DNA of 64,000 nt from an uncultured bacterium (GTDB lineage: Bacteria; Fidelibacterota; Marinisomatia; Marinisomatales; UBA1611). How positions within the stretch are numbered: the stretch's first letter is position 1; each line of letters starts with the position of its first letter. Made by a program: the position numbers and the translations under genes. The stretch is from positions 32,001 to 96,000 of the forward strand of contig CBFIBM010000004.1 in NCBI GenBank assembly GCA_965660855.1, written 5' to 3'. This document shows positions 31,500-42,023 of the stretch, in pieces. The notes under the pieces are model-generated. The model saw only the letters and a program-made list of their open reading frames with translations. It did no database searches and was not told the origin of the DNA.

Positions 31500-32204
31500 C
31501 TAGGTTATAAGTTTTAAAACTTGATTTCTAACATGCTCTTTTAAGTCAACAATAGACATTTCAGAGTAATCTTCTTTGAAAATTGGCTTTCCGAATATTA
31601 TTGTTAATCTACCAGGTCTTATTCGCCAATCTGTTTTGTTCTTAGCCTCAAAAGCACCAACTAACCCTACCGGTATAATCGTTGCTCCTGAATTTTTTGC
31701 TAAATGAAATGGACCTTTTTTAAATAACCCTAATTCACCGTTTATAGTTCTCGTTCCTTCAGGAGCAATAATTAAAGAATCTCCTTGTCTTAGTTTATCT
31801 TCCGCTAAAGATAGACTATTTAATGCTTTTTTTAATTTTTTCCTATGAATAGGGATTATCCCATACTTTCTTAAAACATGCCCCCATAATGGATATTTGA
31901 AAATTTCAACAGCGGCAACAGCAGTTAAATAATGCTCAACATATGCTCCAATCATAAATTGATCAAACATAGAACAATGGTTAAACATATATATATACGG
32001 CTGATCCTTTTTAGGTGGTTGTAAGTTTTTTTTATTTAAAAGTTGTCCTCCAAATAAGCACCAAAACCAACAAATCGGTCTTAGAAGAAAATATAGTTTT
32101 TTAGATGGGATTATTAAAATTAATAAAAATATAATCATCAAGGATAATACAGTGTATATTAACCATATTGGCCATATTATTAATGAAATAAAAAATTTAA
32201 ACAT
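31500..32204 (-). CDS. plsC: 1-acyl-sn-glycerol-3-phosphate acyltransferase
   Basis: NHCSMFD (HxxxxD), PEGTR, FKKG. Confidence 0.9.
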   Translation of the reverse strand: MFKFFISLIIWPIWLIYTVLSLMIIFLLILIIPSKKLYFLLRPICWFWCLFGGQLLNKKNLQPPKKDQPYIYMFNHCSMFDQFMIGAYVEHYLTAVAAVEIFKYPLWGHVLRKYGIIPIHRKKLKKALNSLSLAEDKLRQGDSLIIAPEGTRTINGELGLFKKGPFHLAKNSGATIIPVGLVGAFEAKNKTDWRIRPGRLTIIFGKPIFKEDYSEMSIVDLKEHVRNQVLKLIT

Positions 32205-33261
32205 TTATATTTTTTTTTCTCATCATACCAAATATTTTGTGATTTATTTTTGAAAATGGATATAAAGTTACTTCTTTTAAAGAAATCCATTTATATTTTT
32301 TACCATTAAAACTTTCTAAGTTAAACAACATACAATTAAAAACTTTAACAGTAGCTGTGAAGTGTGAATATTTGTGGGATATAATTCCAATTGTATTGAA
32401 TTTCATAATTTTTATATTAAATAAATCTTTTATTTTTTCTTGGTATATTTTTTCCAAATCACTTAGATCATCAACTCTAAAGTTGGGTAACTCCCACAGA
32501 CCGCCCAACATAGAATTTTCATTTCTCTTTGTAATTAAAAATTTTTTATTATGCCTTATAATACCTGCAATATATTGATATGTTGGTGCTTTTAATTTCT
32601 TAATTCTTTGTGGATAATTTTCAGGATTTTTTGATTTGAAGGCCTTGCACATGTAATTGAGGGGACAACTACCACATTTTGGATTTCTTGGGTTACAAAT
32701 TAACGCTCCCAATTCCATCATACTTTGATTAAAGTCACCTGGTGATATATTAGGAATTAATCTTTCCAGAGTTTTTTTTACTCGTTTTTCATTAAAAGGA
32801 GTAGCTCTTTTTAGACCTAGTAATCTATAAATTACTCGCTTAACATTTCCATCAATAGTTACATACTTTTTACCGAATGCAATAGATAGTACTGCGGAAG
32901 CGGTATAATCACCCACTCCGGGTAAAGAAATAAACGTTTCCCAATCACTCGGTACATTACCATCGTATTTTTTACAAACTATTTTGGCGGCTTGATGAAA
33001 GTTTCTACACCGACTGTAATACCCAAGTCCTTCCCATAATTTTAGAAGGTTGTTTAAATTTTCTTGCGAAACTGAAAATAGAGTTGGATATTTTTTTAAC
33101 CATTTATTATAATATGGAATTGCGGTTACAACTTTTGTTTGCTGAAGCATAACTTCAGAGAGCCAGATTTTATATGGATCTTTTGTCCATCTGAATGGTA
33201 AATCTCTTTTCTCAAACTTGAACCACTTTAAAATAGATGTTTCTAAATATTTTAATTGCAT
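32197..33261 (-). CDS. mutY: A/G-specific adenine glycosylase
   Basis: WLSEVMLQQT, GLGYYSR, HhH LPGVGDYTA, DGNV, FeS motif C-x6-C-x2-C-x5-C, NUDIX-like tail. Confidence 0.97.
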   Translation of the reverse strand: MQLKYLETSILKWFKFEKRDLPFRWTKDPYKIWLSEVMLQQTKVVTAIPYYNKWLKKYPTLFSVSQENLNNLLKLWEGLGYYSRCRNFHQAAKIVCKKYDGNVPSDWETFISLPGVGDYTASAVLSIAFGKKYVTIDGNVKRVIYRLLGLKRATPFNEKRVKKTLERLIPNISPGDFNQSMMELGALICNPRNPKCGSCPLNYMCKAFKSKNPENYPQRIKKLKAPTYQYIAGIIRHNKKFLITKRNENSMLGGLWELPNFRVDDLSDLEKIYQEKIKDLFNIKIMKFNTIGIISHKYSHFTATVKVFNCMLFNLESFNGKKYKWISLKEVTLYPFSKINHKIFGMMRKKNINV

Positions 33262-33689
33262 TATACAAATTTTTTTCTCTTGGACTTAAGAACCCCCCAA
33301 TGTAACATCGATAAATTTTCAATTATTTCTTGTGATATAGAACCACCTACATTTTTTTCAACCTCCCCACCTAATTTTTCAATTTGTTTAATTAAATTTC
33401 TTTGAACTTCAATTCCTCGAGGAGATAAAAAAACTTTGGTAATTCTTTTATCATCTAATTGCTGTTTTTTTTTAATCCATTTTTTATGCTTTAAACCATC
33501 AACTAATCTAGTTAAAGTACTATTTTTGATACCTATTTTAAAAGCAAGCTGATTCATTTCAATCCCATCATTAGGAATAATAATTATAGCTATCAATTGT
33601 TGATAAGACGCTCCAGGGTAAGAAACTCTTTGTCTAAAATAACTTTGTAAATCAATTAAAAACGTAGTAAAAATCTCACTATAATTCAT
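33261..33689 (-). CDS. MarR family transcriptional regulator
   Basis: STLTRLVDGL..KKWI....DDKR...V.LS..G winged helix. Confidence 0.88.
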   Translation of the reverse strand: MNYSEIFTTFLIDLQSYFRQRVSYPGASYQQLIAIIIIPNDGIEMNQLAFKIGIKNSTLTRLVDGLKHKKWIKKKQQLDDKRITKVFLSPRGIEVQRNLIKQIEKLGGEVEKNVGGSISQEIIENLSMLHWGVLKSKRKKFV

Positions 33690-33691
33690 AG

Positions 33692-33714
33692 TTGTATATT
33701 ACAATAATATTATA
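33692..33714 (-). promoter_or_regulatory. Candidate -10 box plus palindromic operator upstream of marR
   Basis: Minus-strand TATAAT (33709-33714), then TTGTA-N3-TACAA inverted repeat (33692-33704) just before the ATG. Confidence 0.45.
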
Positions 33715-33725
33715 AAAAAACTACT

Positions 33726-34931
33726 TTAATTTTTTGGTAAATTTTTTAATATTTCTATATGAGAGCGAAAAAAATCCTTGGATCGAGATTCTCTATCTTT
33801 ATTAACTAAATGTCCAATTATATTCCAATGATCCATAGATTCAATCTTAAGCCAATACCATTGACCTGAAATAAAAAGCTCTTCTCTCGAAAATTTAGAA
33901 CTTGGGTCTGCACCGCTTTCTTTTGATTTAGGGGCAATCATTGATACAGAATTAACGACACCATCATTTTCATACCAGTCATTGTCTGTTTCTCTTCCAT
34001 CAGACCAATAACCAACTCTAGAGCCTAGAATTTTAGATCTAGTTCTTGCAATGATTGATGTGCCTTTGACTGGTATATGAAAGTCAGATCCTTGTTTTTT
34101 TTCAGTTGTTGAAGTAACTATTGAAAAATAGTATATCTCTGGGGATATTTGTAAAATACTATTAAGCTCTTCTGCGCCTGAAAGACTTAAATCCCAAGAA
34201 CTTATATTTTTTGTGTCCCAAGCTTTATGATTTCGCATTCTAAATAAATAATTTGACCAACTTTCATTTGACTTTCTTGCAAAACCCCATTGCTCAAGAT
34301 CAAAATTATAAAAATTTGTCCCAACAACACCAGCAATACCCACGAAATATTGAACAAATGGAATAGTTTTAGTTACGATATGCGCTAGCGTTGTTCCATT
34401 ATGAGGCGTTGATAGAGCAGTTATACTTTTAATATGGCCATTTTTGGAAGATCCTAAAAGATTTGACTCCTCCCTTAATCTGGTTTTGGAATCAATGTAA
34501 AATTCTTGCTTTAACAGATAGTCTAACATTCTAGCCGTTTGCCCACCCATACTGTGCCCAATGATATGAATGGGATAATCTGAACTCCATTTAGGATATT
34601 TACCTTTATAAAATTTTCCTTTAGGTTTCTGAATTATATTAAATTTTTCAGAATGGAGCGCACCATAGTCAACTTGTCCACCTTTTAGTTGATAATAAAG
34701 TTCAATTGCGCGCTCCCAATTTGAAGATATCGGACCTACTGAAGCTTCAATTATATCGAAGCCTTTCTCCCTCATCATTTTTATATAATCATTCTTTCCA
34801 CCCCAATAACTATACCCCCCCATTTCATCTTCACCCCAACCCATAAATCCATGAACCAATACTATAGGATAATTATTCATACTCTTTACTGGAGAAAATA
34901 AAGCTAACGCAAATAAAAAATACACAATCAT
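33726..34931 (-). CDS. Secreted lipase (family I.5/I.6-like alpha/beta hydrolase)
   Basis: YPIVLVHGFMGW, GHSMGG nucleophile, TPHNGT, ENDGVV, MDH; signal peptide. Confidence 0.9.
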   Translation of the reverse strand: MIVYFLFALALFSPVKSMNNYPIVLVHGFMGWGEDEMGGYSYWGGKNDYIKMMREKGFDIIEASVGPISSNWERAIELYYQLKGGQVDYGALHSEKFNIIQKPKGKFYKGKYPKWSSDYPIHIIGHSMGGQTARMLDYLLKQEFYIDSKTRLREESNLLGSSKNGHIKSITALSTPHNGTTLAHIVTKTIPFVQYFVGIAGVVGTNFYNFDLEQWGFARKSNESWSNYLFRMRNHKAWDTKNISSWDLSLSGAEELNSILQISPEIYYFSIVTSTTEKKQGSDFHIPVKGTSIIARTRSKILGSRVGYWSDGRETDNDWYENDGVVNSVSMIAPKSKESGADPSSKFSREELFISGQWYWLKIESMDHWNIIGHLVNKDRESRSKDFFRSHIEILKNLPKN

Positions 34932-35830
34932 CAGATAGGTATTTCTATTCCAAGTGAGTGAATAAGGAAACCATTATTATATATAAATGAACCATAATTA
35001 ATTACAACTTTATTGATAGTATATGAAAATCCAAAACCAGTGTCTCCCAAAATAGACTGTGCTAAACTCTGTTCTAAGTTCTGAGTTAATTTTCTTGTTG
35101 ATGTACCAAAATTGATCTTTAATTTTTTATTGGCTGATAATCGTCCACCAATAAAAAATTCATCATTTTTTCTTTTACCTTTTTTAATATAATCTATAAA
35201 AACCTCTACTGGTAAATAATTTAAATTTTTTGAAATACTAAAAACTAATTGAATTGAATTTTCTATGCCTGAATCATTATAGATATGATTTCCAATATGA
35301 TGAATAGAGTAGCCTAACTTTGTATTATTTTTGTCTAGCTTAAGAATAGAACCAAAAGAAATATCTACAAAATAATTATTAATTCCGTTTAGAGAAGATC
35401 TGAATAATTGTGTGCCCAAACCATATTGAACTGGTAATTTTTTAAATGATTTTGAATACGAAACCCGTATTGAAAGATCTTGAGATATATACTTAGATGT
35501 TTTTTCTGCTAACTCATTATACCCCTGAAATACTCCATATGTAATGTGAAATATAGATACGGAAGCACTTCCTTCTTTAAGTGGAATGCCTATACCAATA
35601 TTTTCGGATGTTATCTGTGCAGGGTACCTTATTAAAGATGTTGAAATTATTTTATTTTCATGGTTTATGCCTGGATTTAATTTTGTAGAAATAGATGATC
35701 CAATTAAAAACCCTGAACCTCCTAAAGATAAATCAACGGATGATGTGAAAATATTAAAACCAGGATAAGTCGTTTTCCCATTTAAATTGGGAATCATTAT
35801 TAAAAGAAATAGAAAATATATGTAGCTCAT
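34931..35830 (-). CDS. PorV/PorQ-like outer-membrane beta-barrel protein
   Basis: Signal peptide, LSLGG...NP N-terminal pattern, YG.F.GY.E, amphipathic strands. Family call by pattern only. Confidence 0.55.
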   Translation of the reverse strand: MSYIYFLFLLIMIPNLNGKTTYPGFNIFTSSVDLSLGGSGFLIGSSISTKLNPGINHENKIISTSLIRYPAQITSENIGIGIPLKEGSASVSIFHITYGVFQGYNELAEKTSKYISQDLSIRVSYSKSFKKLPVQYGLGTQLFRSSLNGINNYFVDISFGSILKLDKNNTKLGYSIHHIGNHIYNDSGIENSIQLVFSISKNLNYLPVEVFIDYIKKGKRKNDEFFIGGRLSANKKLKINFGTSTRKLTQNLEQSLAQSILGDTGFGFSYTINKVVINYGSFIYNNGFLIHSLGIEIPI

Positions 35831-38064
35831 TATATTAAACTCAAAGGATCAAAATGAATATTTATACGATTTTGTTTTAATGGGTATTGTTTTTTAAAAG
35901 AACTTATGTTTTCATCTACAAATTTATGCAAAAGTTTTCCATTTTGGTCATTTGTTTTTAAAGACTTTAAAACGATTTGATACCTATATCTTTTTTTTAC
36001 TTTTTCTAAAAAACAAGGAGCCGGTCCTAGTATCTCTAAACCTTCAAATTTATTATCGAGTTTTTTAACAATTTTGTTTGAAATTTTATTAACAGAAAAT
36101 TCTTTGATACCAGTAATTTCAATTTTAACCAACCAACTATAAGGAGGGTAATTTAAATATTCTCTCTCTTTTAATTCATAATCATAATATTCAATTACAT
36201 CTAATTTAGAGGCCATAGAAATAATTGAGTTTTCTGGAACAAAACTTTGTATAACAACCTCTCCAGGCTTATTTTTACGGCCAGCTCGACCAGAAGCTTG
36301 GTAGATAAGTTGAAAAATTCTCTCCCCAGATCTAAAGTCCGGCAAATAGAGTCCTAGGTCTGAGTTTATTATACCGACTAAGGTAGTGTTAGGAAAGTCT
36401 AAGCCCTTTGCAATCATTTGAGTGCCTAGAAGTATATCTATTTCTCCCTTAGCAAAAGATTTTAGCACTGATGTTATTCCCTGTCCGCCGCGAGATGTAT
36501 CATTATCAATTCTAGCTATAATTGCATCAGTAAAGATTTTATTAAGTAAAAATTCTACTTTTTGTGTACCTGTTCCTCTATACAATAAATTATTACTCTT
36601 ACAAGAAGTGCACACTTTTTGTTCCAAGACCTCACTATACCCACAGTAATGACATAAAAGCTTGCTATTACTTTGATGATACGTTAAAGAAATACTACAT
36701 TGTTGACAATTTGAAACTTCTCCACAGTCTGCACAACTAATAATTGGTGAATATCCTCTTCTGTTATGAAGAAGAATAATCTGTTCTTTTTTTTGTAACC
36801 TATTTTCAATTTTATCTTGAAGGAGACCTGAAATAATTTGGTCAAATTTTCCCGTTTCCTTTTGCTCTTTTATCATATCAACTAAATGAACATTTGGGTA
36901 TTTTGCGCCACCAAACCTCTTAGTCAGCTGAAGATATTCAACTTTTCCTTTCTTGTAATTGTAATAAGTTTCTAGACTAGGAGTAGCACTTGAAAGAATT
37001 ATAACAGCTTTTTCATATGTACCTCTAACAAGAGAAACGTCTCGAGCATGATACCTTGGTTCGGGAGAGTCTTGACGAAAAGAGCTTTCTTGCTCTTCAT
37101 CTACAACTATTAAACCTAAATTTTTCAAAGGAGAAAAAACAGCACTTCTTGCTCCTATAACAACTTTAAAATTACCCCTGCAAATCTGATTCCAAGTCCA
37201 CGATCTCTGAGACATCGTTAGTTTTGAATGCCATAATGCAATTTCATCTCCAAACACCGCTCTAAATCGACCTGCTATCTGAGGTGTCAATGAAATTTCA
37301 GGGAGTAGTATAATTGCAGTTTTACCATTTAATAAACAATTTTTAACAGCCTCAATATAAATTTCAGTTTTCCCACTTCCTGTAACACCGTGGAGCAAAA
37401 ATGATTTAAACTTATTTTCATTAATAGACTTAATAAGCTTTTTCATAGCAAAATCTTGCTCATAATTAAATACAACTTTTTTATGAATTGGGTCAAAAGT
37501 GAAACCAGTAGAATCCGGAAGCAATACTTTTTCAGTTAGCTTGACTAAATTACTCTTTTCAAGCGACCTACATACTTGTAATGGTGAACTACAATATTCT
37601 TTTAACCCCGATACTTTGGTTGATTGACCCTCTATTAAATAATTTAATATCAAATATTGTTTTGGAGCTCGCTTTAGTATATTTTTGATATTATTTTTAT
37701 CTTTAATAGGCTTCTTTGTCACATACCATGCTGTTGCAGGTATATATTTTGTAGATAAAGATTTTGGAAACACTGTTTTTGCAACTTGTCCAATTGGAGT
37801 CAAATAATAAGAACTGATCCAGTTTATTAATTTCCATATTTCAGGTGTTATTATTGATATATCATCTACAATACTAATTATATTTTTAACTTTTCCTTTA
37901 AAAGAAACCTTCTTCTCAAACTCAACAACTATACCTTTTACTAATCTACTACCAAAGGGAGCTTCAACTCGTGTCCCAAGTTTTAATTTGTCAATTAATT
38001 CATTTGGTATTCTGTAGCTGAAGGTTTTATAATTTGAAATTGGGAATGCTATTTTAGCGTACAT
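35830..38064 (-). CDS. priA: Primosomal protein N'
   Basis: GVTGSGKTE, VDEEQE, four CxxC, GTQMIAKGLDFP, GRAGR. Confidence 0.98.
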   Translation of the reverse strand: MYAKIAFPISNYKTFSYRIPNELIDKLKLGTRVEAPFGSRLVKGIVVEFEKKVSFKGKVKNIISIVDDISIITPEIWKLINWISSYYLTPIGQVAKTVFPKSLSTKYIPATAWYVTKKPIKDKNNIKNILKRAPKQYLILNYLIEGQSTKVSGLKEYCSSPLQVCRSLEKSNLVKLTEKVLLPDSTGFTFDPIHKKVVFNYEQDFAMKKLIKSINENKFKSFLLHGVTGSGKTEIYIEAVKNCLLNGKTAIILLPEISLTPQIAGRFRAVFGDEIALWHSKLTMSQRSWTWNQICRGNFKVVIGARSAVFSPLKNLGLIVVDEEQESSFRQDSPEPRYHARDVSLVRGTYEKAVIILSSATPSLETYYNYKKGKVEYLQLTKRFGGAKYPNVHLVDMIKEQKETGKFDQIISGLLQDKIENRLQKKEQIILLHNRRGYSPIISCADCGEVSNCQQCSISLTYHQSNSKLLCHYCGYSEVLEQKVCTSCKSNNLLYRGTGTQKVEFLLNKIFTDAIIARIDNDTSRGGQGITSVLKSFAKGEIDILLGTQMIAKGLDFPNTTLVGIINSDLGLYLPDFRSGERIFQLIYQASGRAGRKNKPGEVVIQSFVPENSIISMASKLDVIEYYDYELKEREYLNYPPYSWLVKIEITGIKEFSVNKISNKIVKKLDNKFEGLEILGPAPCFLEKVKKRYRYQIVLKSLKTNDQNGKLLHKFVDENISSFKKQYPLKQNRINIHFDPLSLI

Positions 38065-38100
38065 TTAATATAATTTTTTTTATTGTTTACATATTATACA

Positions 38101-38141
38101 AAAAAACCCCTGAGCTTGCAATTTTGAACCAGGGGTTTTTT
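38101..38141. terminator. Intrinsic terminator after rplI
   Basis: AAAAAACCCCTG...CAGGGGTTTTTT inverted repeat, 14 nt past the rplI stop. Confidence 0.85.
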
Positions 38142-38155
38142 AGTTTTATTTAAAA

Positions 38156-38599
38156 TTATGACTTAATTACATACACTTTTACATCTCCACTTAATTCAGA
38201 TGTAACTCTGACTGGTACATGATAAATACCCAAAGATTTTATAGGTTCTTCAAGTAATATAGAACTTCGTTCTACTGTAATCCTCTTATCTTCAAGTGCT
38301 TTTTGGATATCTATAGTAGTTACAGAGCCAAACATTTTATCTTCTTCACCAACCTGAGCTTCAATTGTAATTTCAATTTTTGAAAGCTTTTTTACAATTT
38401 TTTCATGCGCAGCAACTTCCCTAGTCAAACGATTTCTCTCTGCAAGTTTTTTCTCTTTTGATAATGCTAAATTCTTATTCGAAGCTCTAAGACCAATCCC
38501 TTCAGGAATTAATTTATTCCTTGCAAAACCAGGCTTTACATTTACAATATCTCCAGCAGTACCAAGACCTTCATGATTTTTTAATAATATTATTTCCAT
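38156..38599 (-). CDS. rplI: 50S ribosomal protein L9
   Basis: GDIVNVKPGFARN.LIP, KMFGSVT, PIKSLG. Confidence 0.97.
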   Translation of the reverse strand: MEIILLKNHEGLGTAGDIVNVKPGFARNKLIPEGIGLRASNKNLALSKEKKLAERNRLTREVAAHEKIVKKLSKIEITIEAQVGEEDKMFGSVTTIDIQKALEDKRITVERSSILLEEPIKSLGIYHVPVRVTSELSGDVKVYVIKS

Positions 38600-38608
38600 T
38601 ATAACCTC

Positions 38609-38836
38609 CTAGTCAATTCCTCTTTCGACATATGGCATTAAAGCAATAGAACGAGAACGCTTTATTGCCTTGATTAATTTACGGTGCATTTTAGCGCTTG
38701 TTCCAGTAATTCTCCTAGGCATTATTTTACCTTGATCATTGACAAACCTTCTTAACAATTTTACATCTTTATAGTCAATTTCATGTATACCATTTTCCTT
38801 GAAATAACAAAATTTATTTCTATTTTGAAAAGCCAT
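38609..38836 (-). CDS. rpsR: 30S ribosomal protein S18
   Basis: [30 protein letters not shown]. Confidence 0.97.
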   Translation of the reverse strand: MAFQNRNKFCYFKENGIHEIDYKDVKLLRRFVNDQGKIMPRRITGTSAKMHRKLIKAIKRSRSIALMPYVERGID

Positions 38837-39285
38837 TACTTTTCCTCCTCTAGTTTTTCAACCGTATCTTTATCTTTCTCTTTTTCAGGGACCTTTTCTA
38901 CTTTATCTGCTTGAGATAAAGACTCTTCATTTTCAACAGAATTATCTTTCACTGAAGCTTCTTCTTTCTTTTCTTCTTCCGTGTAAAGCTCTGGCTTATC
39001 ATCTAAAAGAACTGTCATATGTCTAATTACAGAATTATTCAATTTCATCCATGTTGAGAACTCAATCATTTTGCTTTGATTACCTACTTGAAAATGAATG
39101 AGAACATAAGTGCCATATTTTTGGTTTTCTATTTGGTAAGCAAGCCTTTTCTTTCCCCATACTCTATGGTTTATTATTTTTGATTCTGTTTTTAATAATT
39201 CCTTAGAAATTTCATCCATTATTTTATCTAGGACGTTATTGTCTAGGTTAGGATCAACAATATATATAGTTTCATAATACCGCAT
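38836..39285 (-). CDS. rpsF: 30S ribosomal protein S6 with acidic tail
   Basis: [33 protein letters not shown]. Confidence 0.96.
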   Translation of the reverse strand: MRYYETIYIVDPNLDNNVLDKIMDEISKELLKTESKIINHRVWGKKRLAYQIENQKYGTYVLIHFQVGNQSKMIEFSTWMKLNNSVIRHMTVLLDDKPELYTEEEKKEEASVKDNSVENEESLSQADKVEKVPEKEKDKDTVEKLEEEK

Positions 39286-39301
39286 GATAACTCCTCTAAT
39301 T

Positions 39302-41458
39302 TTAGCCGACTAGCAGCGGTGCAATGACCAGTGAAACCACTGACATTAGTTTAATTAAAATATTCAATGAAGGGCCTGAAGTGTCTTTAAACGGATCTCC
39401 AACAGTATCTCCCACAACCGCCGCTTTATGAGCTTCTGAGCCTTTAGTAATTTTTTCTCCGTTAATTTCAAGACCTTCCTCTATCATCTTTTTAGCATTA
39501 TCCCACGCTCCTCCAGAATTAGACTGAAAAATTGCCATTAATACCCCACATACAGTAACACCCGCTAGAAGCCCGCCTAATGTTTCAGGTCCAAATACAA
39601 AACCAACCAAAACCGGCGAAGTAACGGCTAAAACACCAGGTGCAACCATTTCTTTGATTGCTGATTGAGTTGAAATCTCTACGCATCGCCCGTGCTCAGC
39701 CTTGCTCAATGCGTCTTCATAAAGAGCCTTATCAGCATCGCTCCAACTATCTTCCTCTTTTAAGTTCATTAACTCAAGAGCCTTTTTCAATTCTGGAATC
39801 TCTCTAAATTGACGCCTTACTTCCTCGATCATAGCCATTGCCGCTCTACCGACTGCACTCATTGCCATTGAAGAGAATAAAAAAGGTAGCATACCACCAA
39901 CGAAAAGACCGGCCATTACGTTGGGTTCTGAAATATCAATTGTAGTTATACCAGTTTGAACCATAAATGCTGCAAATAGAGCTAATGCAGTTAATGCGGC
40001 AGACCCAATAGCAAACCCTTTTCCTATTGCAGCAGTTGTATTGCCAACAGCATCTAATTTATCGGTTCTTTCTCGAACTTCTTTTGGAAGTCCTGCCATC
40101 TCTGCAATTCCACCTGCATTATCAGATATTGGTCCATATGCATCAACCGCTAATTGAATCCCGGTATTAGCCAACATTCCTAAGGCAGCCATAGCAATTC
40201 CATAAAGACCTGCAAAATGATGGGCACTATAAATTGCTGATGCAATTATTAAAACTGGAATAGCAGTTGATTGCATACCTACAGATAGCCCAGCTATAAT
40301 ATTGGTGGCTGGACCAGTTAAAGACTGTTCTGTTATCGATTTCACAGGACTTGTTCCAGTTCCCGTATAATGCTCTGTAATTAACCCAATCCCCAAGCCA
40401 GAAGCTAATCCTATTATAGTAGCATAAAAAACTCCCATTTTTGAGTAAACTTGTCCTTGTTGCATAAACTCTGAAGGTAAAAAAACATTTATTAAATATA
40501 AAATTCCAGCAATCATAATAAGCGCGCTTCCGAATTCACCTTTATTTAATGCTTTTTGAGGATCTCCACCATCTCTAACAGAGACCATAAAAGTTCCTAT
40601 TATTGATACTATTATTCCTAAACCCGCAATAAAAAGAGGTAAAACAATAAAATTTATATCAAAAGATCCCGCTACTAAAATACTTGAACCAAGAACCATT
40701 GCTCCAATAATCGAACCAACATATGATTCGAACAAATCTGCACCCATACCAGCAACATCTCCAACATTATCACCAACATTATCTGCAATTGTCGCTGGGT
40801 TAAGCGGATGATCTTCAGGAATTCCAGCTTCAACTTTTCCCACTAAGTCCGCTCCAACATCAGCAGCTTTTGTATAAATGCCTCCTCCAACTCTAGCGAA
40901 GAGAGCTATAGAAGATGCTCCAAGAGAAAAACCTGAGATTACATTTAGAACTGTTTTCATGCTATTCTGATCTTCACCATACATATCAGTATAGAGAATA
41001 AAAAGACCTGTTAATCCTAGGACACCAAGTCCAACTACACACAACCCCATTACTGAACCCCCGCTGAAGGCAACATTTAAAGCTTTGGAAAGGCTTTCTC
41101 GCGCAGCATTAGTAGTTCTATTGTTTGCTTTGGTAGCGACTCGCATGCCTAAATAACCTGCAAAGCCTGAAGCGATAGCACCAACAATAAATGAAAAAGA
41201 AATTAATGCACTTGAAAATTCTCTTCCAGCGTTAGCAAAGCCAAGAAATATAGAAATCAAAATAACAAATAATGCTAGGACCCTATATTCTGCTTTTAAA
41301 AAAGACATAGCACCCTCAGAAATGCTAGCACCAATGGCTTTCATTTTAGAGGTTCCCTCATCTTGTAAATCTATCCAGCTTGATTTCCAGAAAGCATAAA
41401 CCATAGCTATTAGCCCTGCTCCTAGTACAAGTGTTAAACTATATTCCATTTCCCACAT
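39302..41458 (-). CDS. hppA: Membrane-bound K+-dependent (probably Na+-translocating) pyrophosphatase
   Basis: [49 protein letters not shown]. Confidence 0.96.
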   Translation of the reverse strand: MWEMEYSLTLVLGAGLIAMVYAFWKSSWIDLQDEGTSKMKAIGASISEGAMSFLKAEYRVLALFVILISIFLGFANAGREFSSALISFSFIVGAIASGFAGYLGMRVATKANNRTTNAARESLSKALNVAFSGGSVMGLCVVGLGVLGLTGLFILYTDMYGEDQNSMKTVLNVISGFSLGASSIALFARVGGGIYTKAADVGADLVGKVEAGIPEDHPLNPATIADNVGDNVGDVAGMGADLFESYVGSIIGAMVLGSSILVAGSFDINFIVLPLFIAGLGIIVSIIGTFMVSVRDGGDPQKALNKGEFGSALIMIAGILYLINVFLPSEFMQQGQVYSKMGVFYATIIGLASGLGIGLITEHYTGTGTSPVKSITEQSLTGPATNIIAGLSVGMQSTAIPVLIIASAIYSAHHFAGLYGIAMAALGMLANTGIQLAVDAYGPISDNAGGIAEMAGLPKEVRERTDKLDAVGNTTAAIGKGFAIGSAALTALALFAAFMVQTGITTIDISEPNVMAGLFVGGMLPFLFSSMAMSAVGRAAMAMIEEVRRQFREIPELKKALELMNLKEEDSWSDADKALYEDALSKAEHGRCVEISTQSAIKEMVAPGVLAVTSPVLVGFVFGPETLGGLLAGVTVCGVLMAIFQSNSGGAWDNAKKMIEEGLEINGEKITKGSEAHKAAVVGDTVGDPFKDTSGPSLNILIKLMSVVSLVIAPLLVG

Positions 41459-41467
41459 TCTCCTTCA

Positions 41468-42022
41468 TTACGAATTAAATTTATTCATAGAATAATTAAG
41501 CCCTTTTATTAGAATTGAATCTAAAATATCTGCTCCACTATTTATCATCCTATTTACTTCTGATTTTTTATCGGTTTTAAATGGTTTCAATACATATTTT
41601 TCTGCTGGTCTCATATCCTCTTCTGTACCAATTCCAAGGCGAATTCTTGGAAAACAATTTGTCTTTAAATGATATATAATATTCTCCATCCCTCTATGGC
41701 ATCCGTCTCCGCCTTTTGGTTTTAACCGAATTTTCCCTAGAGGAAGATCAACATCATCTACAACAACATATATTTCATTGGGAAGTAAATTCCATATTTT
41801 TGAAACCTCTTTTACAACAGAACCACTTAAATTCATTCCACTTAATGGTTTAATCAGCAGAGCTTCACGCCTTTTATGCTTTGCTATTATATAATCCCCT
41901 TTACCTGGTTCAAATGTCAAATTGTGCCGCTTTGCCCATTCAGTTATTACCCAAAACCCTGCATTATGTTTCGTGTTTGAATATTTTTCACCAGGATTTC
42001 CAAGCCCTACAAACGCAACCAC
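41468..42022 (-). CDS. pth: Peptidyl-tRNA hydrolase
   Basis: GLGNPG..Y..TKHNAGF, MNLSG, RIRLGIG, YVL. Confidence 0.96.
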   Translation of the reverse strand: MVAFVGLGNPGEKYSNTKHNAGFWVITEWAKRHNLTFEPGKGDYIIAKHKRREALLIKPLSGMNLSGSVVKEVSKIWNLLPNEIYVVVDDVDLPLGKIRLKPKGGDGCHRGMENIIYHLKTNCFPRIRLGIGTEEDMRPAEKYVLKPFKTDKKSEVNRMINSGADILDSILIKGLNYSMNKFNS

Positions 42023-42023
42023 T

